This document shows positions 1 through 10,351 of a DNA stretch of 64,000 bases, piece after piece (positions within the stretch are counted from its first letter, which is position 1; every line of letters starts with the position of its first letter). Made by a program: the position numbers and the translations under genes. The DNA lies in IMG/VR virus record IMGVR_UViG_3300032287_004484, positions 62,001 to 126,000 of that record. The stretch is one strand, 5' to 3'. The notes beneath the pieces are model-generated. The model was not told where the DNA came from. It did no database searches and was given only the letters and a program-made list of their open reading frames with translations.

Positions 1-49
1 TATTATCAATATTCTCTAATTGAGAAAAATCAATCTTAGTAAGTGCCAT
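1..49 (-). CDS. N-terminus of a fibre/adhesin-like protein running off the window (MALTKIDFSQLENIDN...)
   Basis: ATG at 49 on the minus strand, frame open to the window edge; N-terminus resembles MALTKLNFNEVQN of 1278..2756; TATAAATA just upstream. Confidence 0.65.
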   Translation of the reverse strand, partial: MALTKIDFSQLENIDN

Positions 50-50
50 A

Positions 51-58
51 TATTTATA
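51..58 (-). promoter_or_regulatory. T4-type late promoter-like box TATAAATA
   Basis: Exact T4 late consensus 1 nt upstream of the ATG at 49; chance occurrence is plausible in such AT-rich DNA. Confidence 0.3.
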
Positions 59-91
59 TTTTTAATCTAAATATCAAAAAAATTTTATTTT

Positions 92-724
92 TTAATAACT
101 CCATATGACAGCGCTATATTTTGTTCCTTTAACAATTGATTTTGATTCGTGAGGATGTGTGTAATTAGATGGAAAAACTAAAACATCTCCTATTTTTGGA
201 GATATAGAAACATCTTGTCTTGGAAAATAAGTTTCTCCACCAACAAAATCATCATTTAAATAAAATATAAACGATAAAGTTCTTTTTACTTCTAAATTAA
301 ATCCACCATCTATATGTTCTTTATAAAAATCTTCCTCTTGATATTTTAAAACTTGAAATCCTTCATCTCCATTATATTTTATATGAGTTTCTAAATTTTT
401 ATCAAATTCATATTTATAAATTTTCATTAATTGTTCCATACAAACTTTAAATGAATAAGATAAAATTGAGTGAGCTTTAAGAAGTTCAGAATGTGCGCCA
501 AAAATTTGAGTTAAAAATGACACTTGAGTTTTACGATAATTTTCTACTTTTCCAAAAGTTGTTGCTTCATCCCATGAAGCTTTATTCTCTATTGTATCAA
601 TTATAAATTTACAATCATCTTTTTTAATAACATTTTTAAAAACAATAATATCGTCTGTATTTTTATATTTAAATTTAACAGGAGATTCTAACTCATAAAA
701 ATCTTTTACATTAGTAGAATTCAT
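92..724 (-). CDS. 2OG-Fe(II) oxygenase, prolyl-4-hydroxylase-like
   Basis: QVLKY..FYKEHIDG (HxD), LSFIFYLNDDFVGGETYFP, FPSNYTHPH..GTKYS. Confidence 0.9.
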   Translation of the reverse strand: MNSTNVKDFYELESPVKFKYKNTDDIIVFKNVIKKDDCKFIIDTIENKASWDEATTFGKVENYRKTQVSFLTQIFGAHSELLKAHSILSYSFKVCMEQLMKIYKYEFDKNLETHIKYNGDEGFQVLKYQEEDFYKEHIDGGFNLEVKRTLSFIFYLNDDFVGGETYFPRQDVSISPKIGDVLVFPSNYTHPHESKSIVKGTKYSAVIWSY

Positions 725-726
725 AA

Positions 727-1281
727 TTATTCCTCATTAATTGAATTTTTAGATTCAATAATTATATTAGATAAATTATTATATAATTCAAGATATATTT
801 TTTTAGCTTCTTCTAAAGAAAAATATATATATTTTTTAATATCGTTACCTTTAATACAATTTATTTTTATATTTTCAAGACCTAGTGTAATTTGACTTAA
901 AATATTAATTTGATCGTGTAATTCAAAATCTATATAATAAATATCATTATCATTTTGATATAAAAAACTTTTTTTATTATCTTCAAACTGTTTTATTTTT
1001 TTTAAAACTTCAGATTCTTTTTGGTTATTTTTTTCAATATATAAGTTTAAATTTTCTATTGCTTTTTGACGATCATCTAATTTTTTTAATTGAGTATTTA
1101 GAGTTATCTCTCCAGTTTCAAAATTTAAAATTGGAAATTTAACTTCATTGTCTGTTAAAATATATAGACCTAAATAAAGTTTATAATCATTATCATAAAC
1201 ACCTTGAATAAATTTTAACTCCTCTTCTCCATTTTCTCTTTTTATTAAATATACATTATAAGGTTTTTTAATTTCTTTCAT
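727..1281 (-). CDS. putative tail fibre assembly chaperone (DUF4376-like)
   Basis: Directly follows the Gly-rich fibre gene (4-bp overlap); size and C-terminal DQINI...FSLEEAKKI pattern. Confidence 0.45.
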   Translation of the reverse strand: MKEIKKPYNVYLIKRENGEEELKFIQGVYDNDYKLYLGLYILTDNEVKFPILNFETGEITLNTQLKKLDDRQKAIENLNLYIEKNNQKESEVLKKIKQFEDNKKSFLYQNDNDIYYIDFELHDQINILSQITLGLENIKINCIKGNDIKKYIYFSLEEAKKIYLELYNNLSNIIIESKNSINEE

Positions 1282-2756
1282 GGATAAGTTAAAGTTACTT
1301 TAGTTTTAGCTGAAGTTGGACCACTAGCTTCAAATAAAATGTCAGAAAAGAAATTTCCAACTCCAGAAACAGCTGTCCTATTTAGGGTTCCAGATGCACC
1401 ATTAGGTGTACCAGTAGCACCAGTTAAATCAATTCCAGGTACTGATTCTGAACCTGTTGGTGTAAACAACCAAAGACCCCCAGTTTGAGCCCTAGCAAAA
1501 GAAGTACTTCCTCCAGTTAAACCACCTTTACCAGGTCGAATATTTATAGAAGAAGATATTGATCCAGCTACATACATAGATATATGCGCTCCTCCTGTTC
1601 CGCCACCAGCACCACCATTTCCTCCGCTGCCGCCCTGTGAACCATCTGTTGGTAAATCATCGCTAGAAGGTGAATACCAAGTGTTATATCTATTACCATT
1701 ACCACCAGCTCCTCCAGAAGTACCAGCAGCACCAGATGAACCATTACTAGGTGTACCTATGCCAATATAAGATGTAGATAAAATTCCTGCAGATCCTCCA
1801 GAAGTTCCAGTAACGCCCGTAGCCGCTGGACCGCCCGGAGGTATACTTAATGGAGTAGAACCAGAACCAGGGGTTCCAGGACCACCTGCTCCACCACCTC
1901 CACCACTTATCATTATAAGATAATAAATAGATTCTGGTCTTTCATTATAACCACCACCACCTGGATTTCCATTTCCAGATGATCCACCAGAAGTAGCTGT
2001 AGAAGCATAAGCTGACATTCTATATCCGCCACCACCGCCACCAGCTGTTCCTCTACCACCTGGACCACCACTTCCACTAGAGATGCCATATTCTGTTGGC
2101 ATAGATACGGCTGATCCTCCATTTTGATTTGACCAAGTAGAAGGAGAAGCGCCTCCTGGTTCACCAGTACCAGTACCAGGAGTTACATTAAAAGCCATAA
2201 AATATCCATTTCTACCTAATGCTCCACCTGGTCCTCCTACTCCAGCACTTCCACCATTAGTACCATTAGGAGAAGTAATAGTTCCAGAACCAAGAATATT
2301 TCCTCTAACTATAAGCGGTGTTCTAACAAGATTTAAAGTACAACCCGATGCAACAGTTAAATCACCTTTAACTTCTAAAATTGACCATTGTGCTGGTCCA
2401 AAACTAGATGATCTAAAATCAACTGTTGTAGTATGCGAAGGTCCTGTTCCAGTTATTACAAGATTATTAACGATCCCTACATTACCATTTAATGGAAAAG
2501 TATAAGGAGAAGTTAAAGTAATATTATTAAAATCAGTTTTAGAAGCTAAATCATAAGTTATTAAATTTACTTTAACTTTTAAATTACCTGTAGTTTCATC
2601 TACCCAAATAGATCCATCTACAGCATTATCTTGAGGTGGTGTTACAGTTGGTAAAATAACCTGTTGCTTAAAGGAAACAGTTTTATCTATATTAATACCA
2701 GTAGTTGTTTCACTAGCATTTTGTACTTCATTAAAATTTAATTTTGTTAGAGCCAT
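1278..2756 (-). CDS. glycine-rich tail fibre tip/adhesin
   Basis: Long GxGGxGG polyglycine-type repeats as in T-even gp38-type adhesins; N-terminal DGSIWVD fibre motif. Confidence 0.7.
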   Translation of the reverse strand: MALTKLNFNEVQNASETTTGINIDKTVSFKQQVILPTVTPPQDNAVDGSIWVDETTGNLKVKVNLITYDLASKTDFNNITLTSPYTFPLNGNVGIVNNLVITGTGPSHTTTVDFRSSSFGPAQWSILEVKGDLTVASGCTLNLVRTPLIVRGNILGSGTITSPNGTNGGSAGVGGPGGALGRNGYFMAFNVTPGTGTGEPGGASPSTWSNQNGGSAVSMPTEYGISSGSGGPGGRGTAGGGGGGYRMSAYASTATSGGSSGNGNPGGGGYNERPESIYYLIMISGGGGGAGGPGTPGSGSTPLSIPPGGPAATGVTGTSGGSAGILSTSYIGIGTPSNGSSGAAGTSGGAGGNGNRYNTWYSPSSDDLPTDGSQGGSGGNGGAGGGTGGAHISMYVAGSISSSINIRPGKGGLTGGSTSFARAQTGGLWLFTPTGSESVPGIDLTGATGTPNGASGTLNRTAVSGVGNFFSDILFEASGPTSAKTKVTLTYP

Positions 2757-2767
2757 ATAATTTCCTT

Positions 2768-5194
2768 TTACTCGATATAAAAACTTTGATTTCCTTGTAA
2801 TTTTGAAACATTATCATCAGTTGCGTATCTTCTTGTTTTTGTTGTGGTTATTGTTGTCCCTAATGCTTCACCATCTTCAGCCCATTCATTAGGTTTTTCT
2901 GTAGTTGTGGTTTCTACATTAATAAAAGCTTTTGTAAAAATACTATAACCATCATTATAACTTTTAGTTAATTCAGAAAAATTTACTGTAAGATCTTTAA
3001 AAACTATTTTAGTAAAAGTGACATCCCCTTCAAATATTATATATAAAGCAGATTCTCTTTTTTTTGGATAAGTGTTTCCAGGTATTTTTTTAAATCTAAC
3101 TGTGGCATCTGAATCCTCTTCTGATGAAATCTCTTCATCAACGTGAATATCTATAAAATAAAAAGCAATTAATTTTTTATCTTTATATTTTATTCCGTAT
3201 GATATTAAATTATTTTTATTTGATATTATACTGTGATTATTTGAATAATTTGAATCTAAATATCCTAAAAATTGATAATCCCATCCCCAACCTTCTTTAG
3301 TTGTTACAATTTTAGGTATTGGAAATATTATCCAAGTCATTATTCCACCTATTAACCATTGAATAGGTATCCATTCTAATTCTTTTCTAGTCCAATTATA
3401 GAAGTATATAAATGCTTGTTTTGACGTTGAATTAATTGTTACATTAAAATATGATCTAAAACTTAAATTAATTGTTACTGTTATACTTCTATCAAAATCG
3501 TTAAATGCAATAATATCTATACTATTTATAGTTACAGTATCAGAATTATTCATTTTACCTGATATTATGCCAGTACTAGGATCTAAAGATAAACCGTTTG
3601 GCAATTGACTTTTTCCTGCAGCATTAGAAATTCTAAAATAAAGTGGTCTAATTACAGTTCCATCATTTATTGTTGGTATTAATTCTACTATTTGATTATC
3701 TCTATCTAAAATAAAATTATTAGGAGTAGAGGTATAATTTGTTTTATTAGTTGTATATTTAAAAGTATTTAATTCTATATTTCCTACTGGAACTTCTATT
3801 TTTATGCTTGATTCTAATTTTTCATTTGTTGAATTATTAGTAGCAGTAATTATTCTTTCTATTGTAGAAATAGTTAACGATGTAATTTTTCCATATACTA
3901 CACCATTTTGAGGATTTAAATTGATTCCATTAGGAAAAGGCGTATTTATAGAATATGTATTATTAACATTAATATTTATATTTGGTTTTACTCCAAAATC
4001 AGCATCTTTATAAAATCTTAATATTTGATTTTGATAATTAAATTCTTTTAAAGGTGTTCTATTAAAATAATATTCTGGTTGTAATAAAGTATCTATACCT
4101 AATGGTTTAGTATTAAAAATATTAGAAGCAGATGCCGTACTTGATGAACACATTATAAAATTTCCGTGTTTTTTATTCCAAATAATTGATGATATTACTT
4201 TACTACTGAAATTACTTCCTATTCTTAATGTCCATGTTTTGCCATTAACTGATGTCATAAAAATATTATTTGCTCCATCAATTGCTATAAATAATTCAAG
4301 TTCTGAACTCCAAGTTATTGCTGTCCAAGTATAAGTATTAATAAAACTTGAAACACCAATATTTGACCAAATTATACCGTTTTCACTATAAATTAATCTT
4401 TGAGAGCCAGCATTTCCAATTAATATAAATAAATTTAATTTTGGAGAATATGCTGAATCTATCCAATCATTAGTTGTACTTTTAACGTCTATAGATGAAT
4501 CACTTGTACAAACTCCCCATGTATTTCCATCGTTATTAGAAAAAAATAATTTAGAAGCAGAATCTGAAACCGCACTTCTAGCGACAACAAGTGTTCCATT
4601 TCCATAAGTAATTGTTTTTAAACTATTAGTTGTTGAAAAAAATTCAAAAGGAGGAGTTTCTATTCTCCAATTTATTCCGTCACGAGATATAATTAATCTT
4701 CTAAAAGCAAATTCTCCAGTGCCAGTATTAGCAACTGCCACAAATAACCCATTAGTTCCACCAGTATATATAACATCTTGCCAATTAACTGATGGTGTTA
4801 CTATGTTTCCTACGCTATTTTTAATAATAACAGATATACTCCAATTAGCTGATAAAATAGGATTATTAGATGTAGAATACATGATATAATTAGTTATGCC
4901 TTCTCCAACTACAACAAAAACTCCATTTCCATATACTATACTTTTCCAAGTATTAGATGTTAAACCAGATATTAAAGTCCAAGAATTTCCACCATCTTTT
5001 GAATAATTTAATATACCTCCATTTCCAACTGCTATAACTAATCCTTCTCCATCTGTTGCTAAACAATTCCATACTGCTGAAGTAGACGTTTGTGCACCCC
5101 AACTATCAGAATAAAATCCAGAAAAGGTTTTTATATTGTTAGAATATAAAGATAAATTTATATTATCTAGGTTTTTATTTAATTTTAATCCCAT
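2768..5194 (-). CDS. fibre/receptor-binding protein 1 (beta-propeller repeats + Ig-like He_PIG-type domains)
   Basis: WxSIxYGNGxFVxV and SxDGxxW repeats; LPNGLSLDPSTGIISG Ig motifs. Confidence 0.7.
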   Translation of the reverse strand: MGLKLNKNLDNINLSLYSNNIKTFSGFYSDSWGAQTSTSAVWNCLATDGEGLVIAVGNGGILNYSKDGGNSWTLISGLTSNTWKSIVYGNGVFVVVGEGITNYIMYSTSNNPILSANWSISVIIKNSVGNIVTPSVNWQDVIYTGGTNGLFVAVANTGTGEFAFRRLIISRDGINWRIETPPFEFFSTTNSLKTITYGNGTLVVARSAVSDSASKLFFSNNDGNTWGVCTSDSSIDVKSTTNDWIDSAYSPKLNLFILIGNAGSQRLIYSENGIIWSNIGVSSFINTYTWTAITWSSELELFIAIDGANNIFMTSVNGKTWTLRIGSNFSSKVISSIIWNKKHGNFIMCSSSTASASNIFNTKPLGIDTLLQPEYYFNRTPLKEFNYQNQILRFYKDADFGVKPNININVNNTYSINTPFPNGINLNPQNGVVYGKITSLTISTIERIITATNNSTNEKLESSIKIEVPVGNIELNTFKYTTNKTNYTSTPNNFILDRDNQIVELIPTINDGTVIRPLYFRISNAAGKSQLPNGLSLDPSTGIISGKMNNSDTVTINSIDIIAFNDFDRSITVTINLSFRSYFNVTINSTSKQAFIYFYNWTRKELEWIPIQWLIGGIMTWIIFPIPKIVTTKEGWGWDYQFLGYLDSNYSNNHSIISNKNNLISYGIKYKDKKLIAFYFIDIHVDEEISSEEDSDATVRFKKIPGNTYPKKRESALYIIFEGDVTFTKIVFKDLTVNFSELTKSYNDGYSIFTKAFINVETTTTEKPNEWAEDGEALGTTITTTKTRRYATDDNVSKLQGNQSFYIE

Positions 5195-5215
5195 ATTATA
5201 TATTTAATTTTTTTT

Positions 5216-8095
5216 TCATTCAATTATGAAAGAAATTGTTTGTGGAACATAAGATGGGGTTCTAGTAGAAAAAAGATCCCATCCATAATCTTCAATAGCT
5301 TCAGATCCAGTTTGAAAAGCGCCGTCGCTAAAAAACCAAGAAAAATATGTATAATAAGTACTTCCATTACCTCCAGACGTTATATAAGAATTTTCATCAT
5401 AAATATATCCTCTTCCAGTAAGAGGATCAAAAGTAGAATCTTTAGTTAGAGTTGCTAAATTGCCTATTGTTATTTTTTTTAATAAACTTTCGTTAAAAAA
5501 AGATGTACCAGAAATCCATAATTTAAAAGTTGGACCATATCCATCACTACTCCAATCATAGTAAAATGCTATAATTGTATGAACTCCAACTGATGTTTTA
5601 TCTAAAGAACCATAATTGCTATTAATATATCCTTCTTGATAATAACTTTGAGAACCGACATTAATCTGTTCTGAGTATCCTGTCGTTAATGTTGCATTAG
5701 AGTATGCTATTCTTATAGAAATATTTTTAGTAGTGATTCCAGCCTGGTTACTTGCTGAAACTGTATAATTTGAAGAACTAGATATATATGGAGTATTTCC
5801 ACTAATTATTCCATTAGAATTATTTATGTTTATACCTGTTGGTAAATCTGGAGAAACAATATAATTAGTTGCGAATCCAACTGACAGTGTTGGTTTATAT
5901 TCTACTTGTGTTCCTGATAATAATAAGCTAGGTATAGTATAATTTAAATCAGAAGGAGGAATAATTATTGGTATTGATGTACTACTTAATTTTCCTGTTA
6001 TGTATAATTCATTATCTTTTTTTGTAAAATATCTTATATTATCATCTAATTCCCAAATAAATTGAGTATAATCATTTTCTTTATTATATATTCTATTAGA
6101 ATTAGATTTTAAAAAAATATAAAACTCAATAGTTATTGATTCCCAATTATCTAAATTATAATCGCCATCAATTGTAAAAAATAATTGTTTTTTGTATGAT
6201 CCAATTCCATTATTAATAATGAAACTTCTTTTTATTGCTAAAGTTAAAATTCCATTATAAATTAATTCTCCTTTAAAATTATAGAAATAATTTTTTTCTA
6301 TTTTTCCACCAGTTATATTTGAATCATTAAAAAAAGAAGATACAAAACCTTCCCATTGTCCATTAAGAGAAATATCTCCTCTAACATCTCCTGTTTGAAT
6401 ACTTGTTTTTAAAATGTATGTAGTAATTCTAATATCTTTAGTTATATTACCTAATGAGTTTGTTGCTTTAATTCTATAAAAAAGTGTTGGTTGTATATTT
6501 TTTGGAGTTCCCTTGATTACTCCAGAATAAGAATTAAATTCTAATCCTTCTGGTAATGATCCTATATTAGATGCTCCTATAACTTCATAACTAAAAGAAT
6601 AATTTGTTCCTTGACTAAGGATTGGATATATATCTAATAAATCTATTAAATCAGTAGCAACAGTGTTGTTAGAATAGGTTAATTCAGATAAAGTTTTAAT
6701 TGAATCAAAAATAGTTATGCTTATTTCACACGTTAAAGTCTGAGTATCATTTTTAGCGTATATATTATAAGTTTTTTTATTTTGAATAGATGTAGCAAGA
6801 CAAATTATTTCACCAGTATTTTGATTTAATGTTACTCCAGTTGGTAATTGATCAAATGTAAAATATTTAAAGCCATAAATTTCACTTATTAGAGGATAAC
6901 TTTTATATGCAACTGATTTAGCTGATATTATATTTGGATTTGTATATTCAAATTTTAATAAATTAGAGGTTTTAATTAAATCATAATAATATTTTTTTTC
7001 TAAAAAATGACTTTGTCCTGAAATTTTTGATGTTAAAATTTTCTCAGCAGCTGATCCAGCTGATCCTATAATTATAAAACTACCAAATTTTCTATTCCAA
7101 GTTCCAGCGATCCAAGATGTTCCGCTATATTGTAAACTTCGAGTTGTCCATATATTAGTTGCAATAGGATTATCTAAATTGTAAGTCGTAAAAGATTTAT
7201 TTGCTCCAGTTCCATTACTTGATATTAAAATCAATATTTCTAATTCTTGACTCCAAATTATTGATTGAAAATTATTAGCGTTTGGTGAAGGAACGTTAGT
7301 CCAAATTTGACCATTGAATGATTTTAAAATTATTCCAGAATTACCAACTGTTAAAAATATTTTTAACTTAGAAATCCATATAACGTTATTAAAAACACCA
7401 TTTATAATATTGTTAGTTGATGATTCTCTAGAAAAAGCTAAAGTCCATTTTTCTGGATTAAAATCAGCATAAGCAATTTTACCTGAGCCATCATTACTTA
7501 TAATTACGAATCTTTTTAAATCTAAACTATAACATATACTTTTCCAAGATACTGAATTTAATTCTATTTGATTAACTATTGTCCAATTAATAGCATCTTG
7601 ACTATACATAATTCTATTAATTCCAGAACTTGCTACTGCTACAAAATAACCATTACCATAAGTGACTGATTCCCAATTATTATTTTGAGGTGAATTATTA
7701 TAATTAAAATTAGCTGTTAAAGTTGGTGTAGCAGATGTAGAATAAAAAGTCCTTGAAACATTAGTGGTTCCAGATGCAGAAATTCCTACGAATTTATTAT
7801 CTCCAAAAGTAATGCCTTTCCAGTTATGATTAGTATTACCTGTAGTATTAAGAGATATACTAATCCATTCTTCTCCACCACTTGATGAGTATGCTAATGT
7901 ACTAGTTCCATTTGTACCTGTAGAACTAATTATCATAAATCCATTACCTTCATTAACAGCAATTGAAGACCAAGATACGTCAGCGACTGATTTATTAGTT
8001 AGTGTATCAAAATAATATCCAGAAAAAGTTTTTATATCGTTATTATATAGAGTTTCATCATCTTCATTTAAAGATACATTTAATTTAATTGGCAT
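5216..8095 (-). CDS. fibre/receptor-binding protein 2 (propeller + Ig domains + duplicated tip domain)
   Basis: Same repeats; three LPxGxxxNxxxGxI Ig motifs; paralogous N-terminus. Confidence 0.7.
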   Translation of the reverse strand: MPIKLNVSLNEDDETLYNNDIKTFSGYYFDTLTNKSVADVSWSSIAVNEGNGFMIISSTGTNGTSTLAYSSSGGEEWISISLNTTGNTNHNWKGITFGDNKFVGISASGTTNVSRTFYSTSATPTLTANFNYNNSPQNNNWESVTYGNGYFVAVASSGINRIMYSQDAINWTIVNQIELNSVSWKSICYSLDLKRFVIISNDGSGKIAYADFNPEKWTLAFSRESSTNNIINGVFNNVIWISKLKIFLTVGNSGIILKSFNGQIWTNVPSPNANNFQSIIWSQELEILILISSNGTGANKSFTTYNLDNPIATNIWTTRSLQYSGTSWIAGTWNRKFGSFIIIGSAGSAAEKILTSKISGQSHFLEKKYYYDLIKTSNLLKFEYTNPNIISAKSVAYKSYPLISEIYGFKYFTFDQLPTGVTLNQNTGEIICLATSIQNKKTYNIYAKNDTQTLTCEISITIFDSIKTLSELTYSNNTVATDLIDLLDIYPILSQGTNYSFSYEVIGASNIGSLPEGLEFNSYSGVIKGTPKNIQPTLFYRIKATNSLGNITKDIRITTYILKTSIQTGDVRGDISLNGQWEGFVSSFFNDSNITGGKIEKNYFYNFKGELIYNGILTLAIKRSFIINNGIGSYKKQLFFTIDGDYNLDNWESITIEFYIFLKSNSNRIYNKENDYTQFIWELDDNIRYFTKKDNELYITGKLSSTSIPIIIPPSDLNYTIPSLLLSGTQVEYKPTLSVGFATNYIVSPDLPTGININNSNGIISGNTPYISSSSNYTVSASNQAGITTKNISIRIAYSNATLTTGYSEQINVGSQSYYQEGYINSNYGSLDKTSVGVHTIIAFYYDWSSDGYGPTFKLWISGTSFFNESLLKKITIGNLATLTKDSTFDPLTGRGYIYDENSYITSGGNGSTYYTYFSWFFSDGAFQTGSEAIEDYGWDLFSTRTPSYVPQTISFIIE
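7634..7697. repeat. 64-bp exact direct repeat, copy 1 (copy 2 at 9758..9821)
   Basis: tactgctacaaaataaccattaccataagtgactgattcccaattattattttgaggtgaatta is identical at both positions. Confidence 0.9.
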
Positions 8096-8098
8096 TTT

Positions 8099-10240
8099 TT
8101 AAGAACTCGCATTGTTGATAATTATTTCCGTATATCCATTTTGATAAAAATATGGATTAGTTATTTGATTATTAAATATATATACTGTTGAATCTGTAGA
8201 AGAATTATAAAAAACCGTTGCTGTATTTTTTAAATAAACATTATTTCTAAAAGTTATTTTATTCCAATTTAATGAAACACTAGTTAAATTACCTTTTACT
8301 TCAAAAACTAAAAAAGAATTTAAAGCTGTATTATCTGATTTTTTTACTTTTCTATATAATACTATTCCTAAGATTGATTCGGGTATATATGATCCAACCG
8401 AATTAAAAAAGAAATTTTTTGATAATAAACCTCTGCTAGGTCCAAAGTTAGCGTTACAATAAGATCCTTTAGAAATATAACCTAAACTATAATTAAAAAA
8501 ATCTTCGATACGATTATTTATAGTATCTATACTAGAAAATATATAAAATTCACCAACTGTTATATTTGTTTTTAGTATATCACAACTTATCTTTATTTTA
8601 AAATCTGATGTTGATGGTTTTGAATTAGAAGCAGTAATAGTGTATTCTGTTAATGGTAAATATGAAGATAAATTACCAGTAATTAATCCAGATGTAGAAT
8701 CTAAAATTACTCCAGATGGTAATAATGGAGAACTAAAACCAATATTATTTCCAGCACTGAAACTTGGTTTTAAAGTAAATAAATTATCACTAAAATCTTT
8801 TGCTAATATTGTTTCTGGATATATAAAATTATTGATATTTTCTAAAGAAGAAGATATTTTAATATTAATTATTGAAATTATGATTCTATTTAATTCATTA
8901 GTTGCTCTTATAGTATATGTTCTATTTTCTTGTTCTGCAGTTGGTACTCCGCTGATTTCGCCAGTTAAAGGATTTAAAGATAGTCCAGATGGTAAAGATG
9001 AATATATGCTAGTATCTAATATATATGTAAATTCATATTCCTCATTTATCATTGGAAAAACTTCTACTAAAGTCCCAATAGTTATTGATATATTACTTAT
9101 TGTATAATCAAAATAATTTAATCTGTCATCAATTGTTAAATAATTATTTTTACTTAAAAGAACATCTGTTCCTATTGATTTTGTTAATACTATTCTATTA
9201 CTTGTACCAACATTTGAAATTCCTATAAAAGTTCCATAAAATCTATTCCAAACAATACTAATAAATGATGTTGTATCGGTTCCACTATTTCTTATAAACC
9301 AATTTATTCCATCAACACTAGTAAATATTTTTTTAGTTACACCATTGCTCGTACTACTTGATATTACTACAAACATTTCTAATTCTTGTGACCATGTAAT
9401 AGATGATAAATTAAGACTTGTATTTGCTATTGAAATTCTATTCCATACAGATCCATTAGTAGAAATAGCACCAAAACCAGAATCACCAACAGCAACAAAA
9501 ACATTTAATTTTTGACTCCAAACTACAGAATTTAGCACTCCTTGTGGAGATGGTCCAACTACTACTGTCCAAGATTTACCATTATATTTAGAAAACATTA
9601 CGCGATTAGTACCATCTCTACTAACAGCTAAAAACATCTTTAAATCAGAACTATAAGTAATGCTTTCCCAAGAAACTGATCCATTATTTGGGGTAGTAAT
9701 TAAATTCCAAGTAATTCCATCTTTACTTGTCATGATTCTATTAGTTCCAGAATTAGATACTGCTACAAAATAACCATTACCATAAGTGACTGATTCCCAA
9801 TTATTATTTTGAGGTGAATTAATATAATTAAAATGTGTTGCTAATGTTGGAGCAGTAGATGTACTAGTTCCAGTTGAATAAAAAACTCTAGAAACGTTAA
9901 CTCCAGAAGCAGAAATTCCTACGAATTTTGCGTTACCATATGTTACGGTTTTCCAAACTTGATTAGTATTTCCTGATGGAGAAGTAGCAGAACTATTAAT
10001 ACCTGTCCAAGTGATGCCTCCATCATTAGAATAAGAAAAACTATTTGTTGCTGAATCTGAATTATTACTAACTGCTAACATATGTCCATTATTTTCGTTT
10101 ACTGCTAAAGAAGTCCAAGGTGATGCTATACCTGCTCTAACATACCAATTATCACCATATATACCAGCATAACTTTCTATATAGTTATCATATAATTGCT
10201 GTAATTCTATTATTACTTTTTTATTAACTGTAACTGGCAT
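8099..10240 (-). CDS. fibre/receptor-binding protein 3 (propeller + Ig domains)
   Basis: NNNWESVTYGNGYFVAV repeats; LPSGLSLNPLTGEISGVPT and LPSGVILDSTSGLITG. Confidence 0.7.
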   Translation of the reverse strand: MPVTVNKKVIIELQQLYDNYIESYAGIYGDNWYVRAGIASPWTSLAVNENNGHMLAVSNNSDSATNSFSYSNDGGITWTGINSSATSPSGNTNQVWKTVTYGNAKFVGISASGVNVSRVFYSTGTSTSTAPTLATHFNYINSPQNNNWESVTYGNGYFVAVSNSGTNRIMTSKDGITWNLITTPNNGSVSWESITYSSDLKMFLAVSRDGTNRVMFSKYNGKSWTVVVGPSPQGVLNSVVWSQKLNVFVAVGDSGFGAISTNGSVWNRISIANTSLNLSSITWSQELEMFVVISSSTSNGVTKKIFTSVDGINWFIRNSGTDTTSFISIVWNRFYGTFIGISNVGTSNRIVLTKSIGTDVLLSKNNYLTIDDRLNYFDYTISNISITIGTLVEVFPMINEEYEFTYILDTSIYSSLPSGLSLNPLTGEISGVPTAEQENRTYTIRATNELNRIIISIINIKISSSLENINNFIYPETILAKDFSDNLFTLKPSFSAGNNIGFSSPLLPSGVILDSTSGLITGNLSSYLPLTEYTITASNSKPSTSDFKIKISCDILKTNITVGEFYIFSSIDTINNRIEDFFNYSLGYISKGSYCNANFGPSRGLLSKNFFFNSVGSYIPESILGIVLYRKVKKSDNTALNSFLVFEVKGNLTSVSLNWNKITFRNNVYLKNTATVFYNSSTDSTVYIFNNQITNPYFYQNGYTEIIINNASS
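9758..9821. repeat. 64-bp exact direct repeat, copy 2
   Basis: Identical to 7634..7697. Confidence 0.9.
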
Positions 10241-10351
10241 ATCTAATATATATTTCTTATTATTACTGTTTTTATTTTTATAATTTTTGTAATTGATATA
10301 AAACTTTCTAAAGATTAAAGTTTTATTTTTTAAATATTATTTTGAAATTTT

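Noticed and set aside
92-724. Oxygenase as the missing TET/JBP for the MTase cluster
   Set aside because: Motifs are those of the prolyl-4-hydroxylase-like family and it sits among fibre genes ~59 kb away; not excluded but unsupported
1278-2756. Collagen triple helix
   Set aside because: Glycine spacing is GxGGxGG polyglycine-type rather than sustained Gly-X-Y
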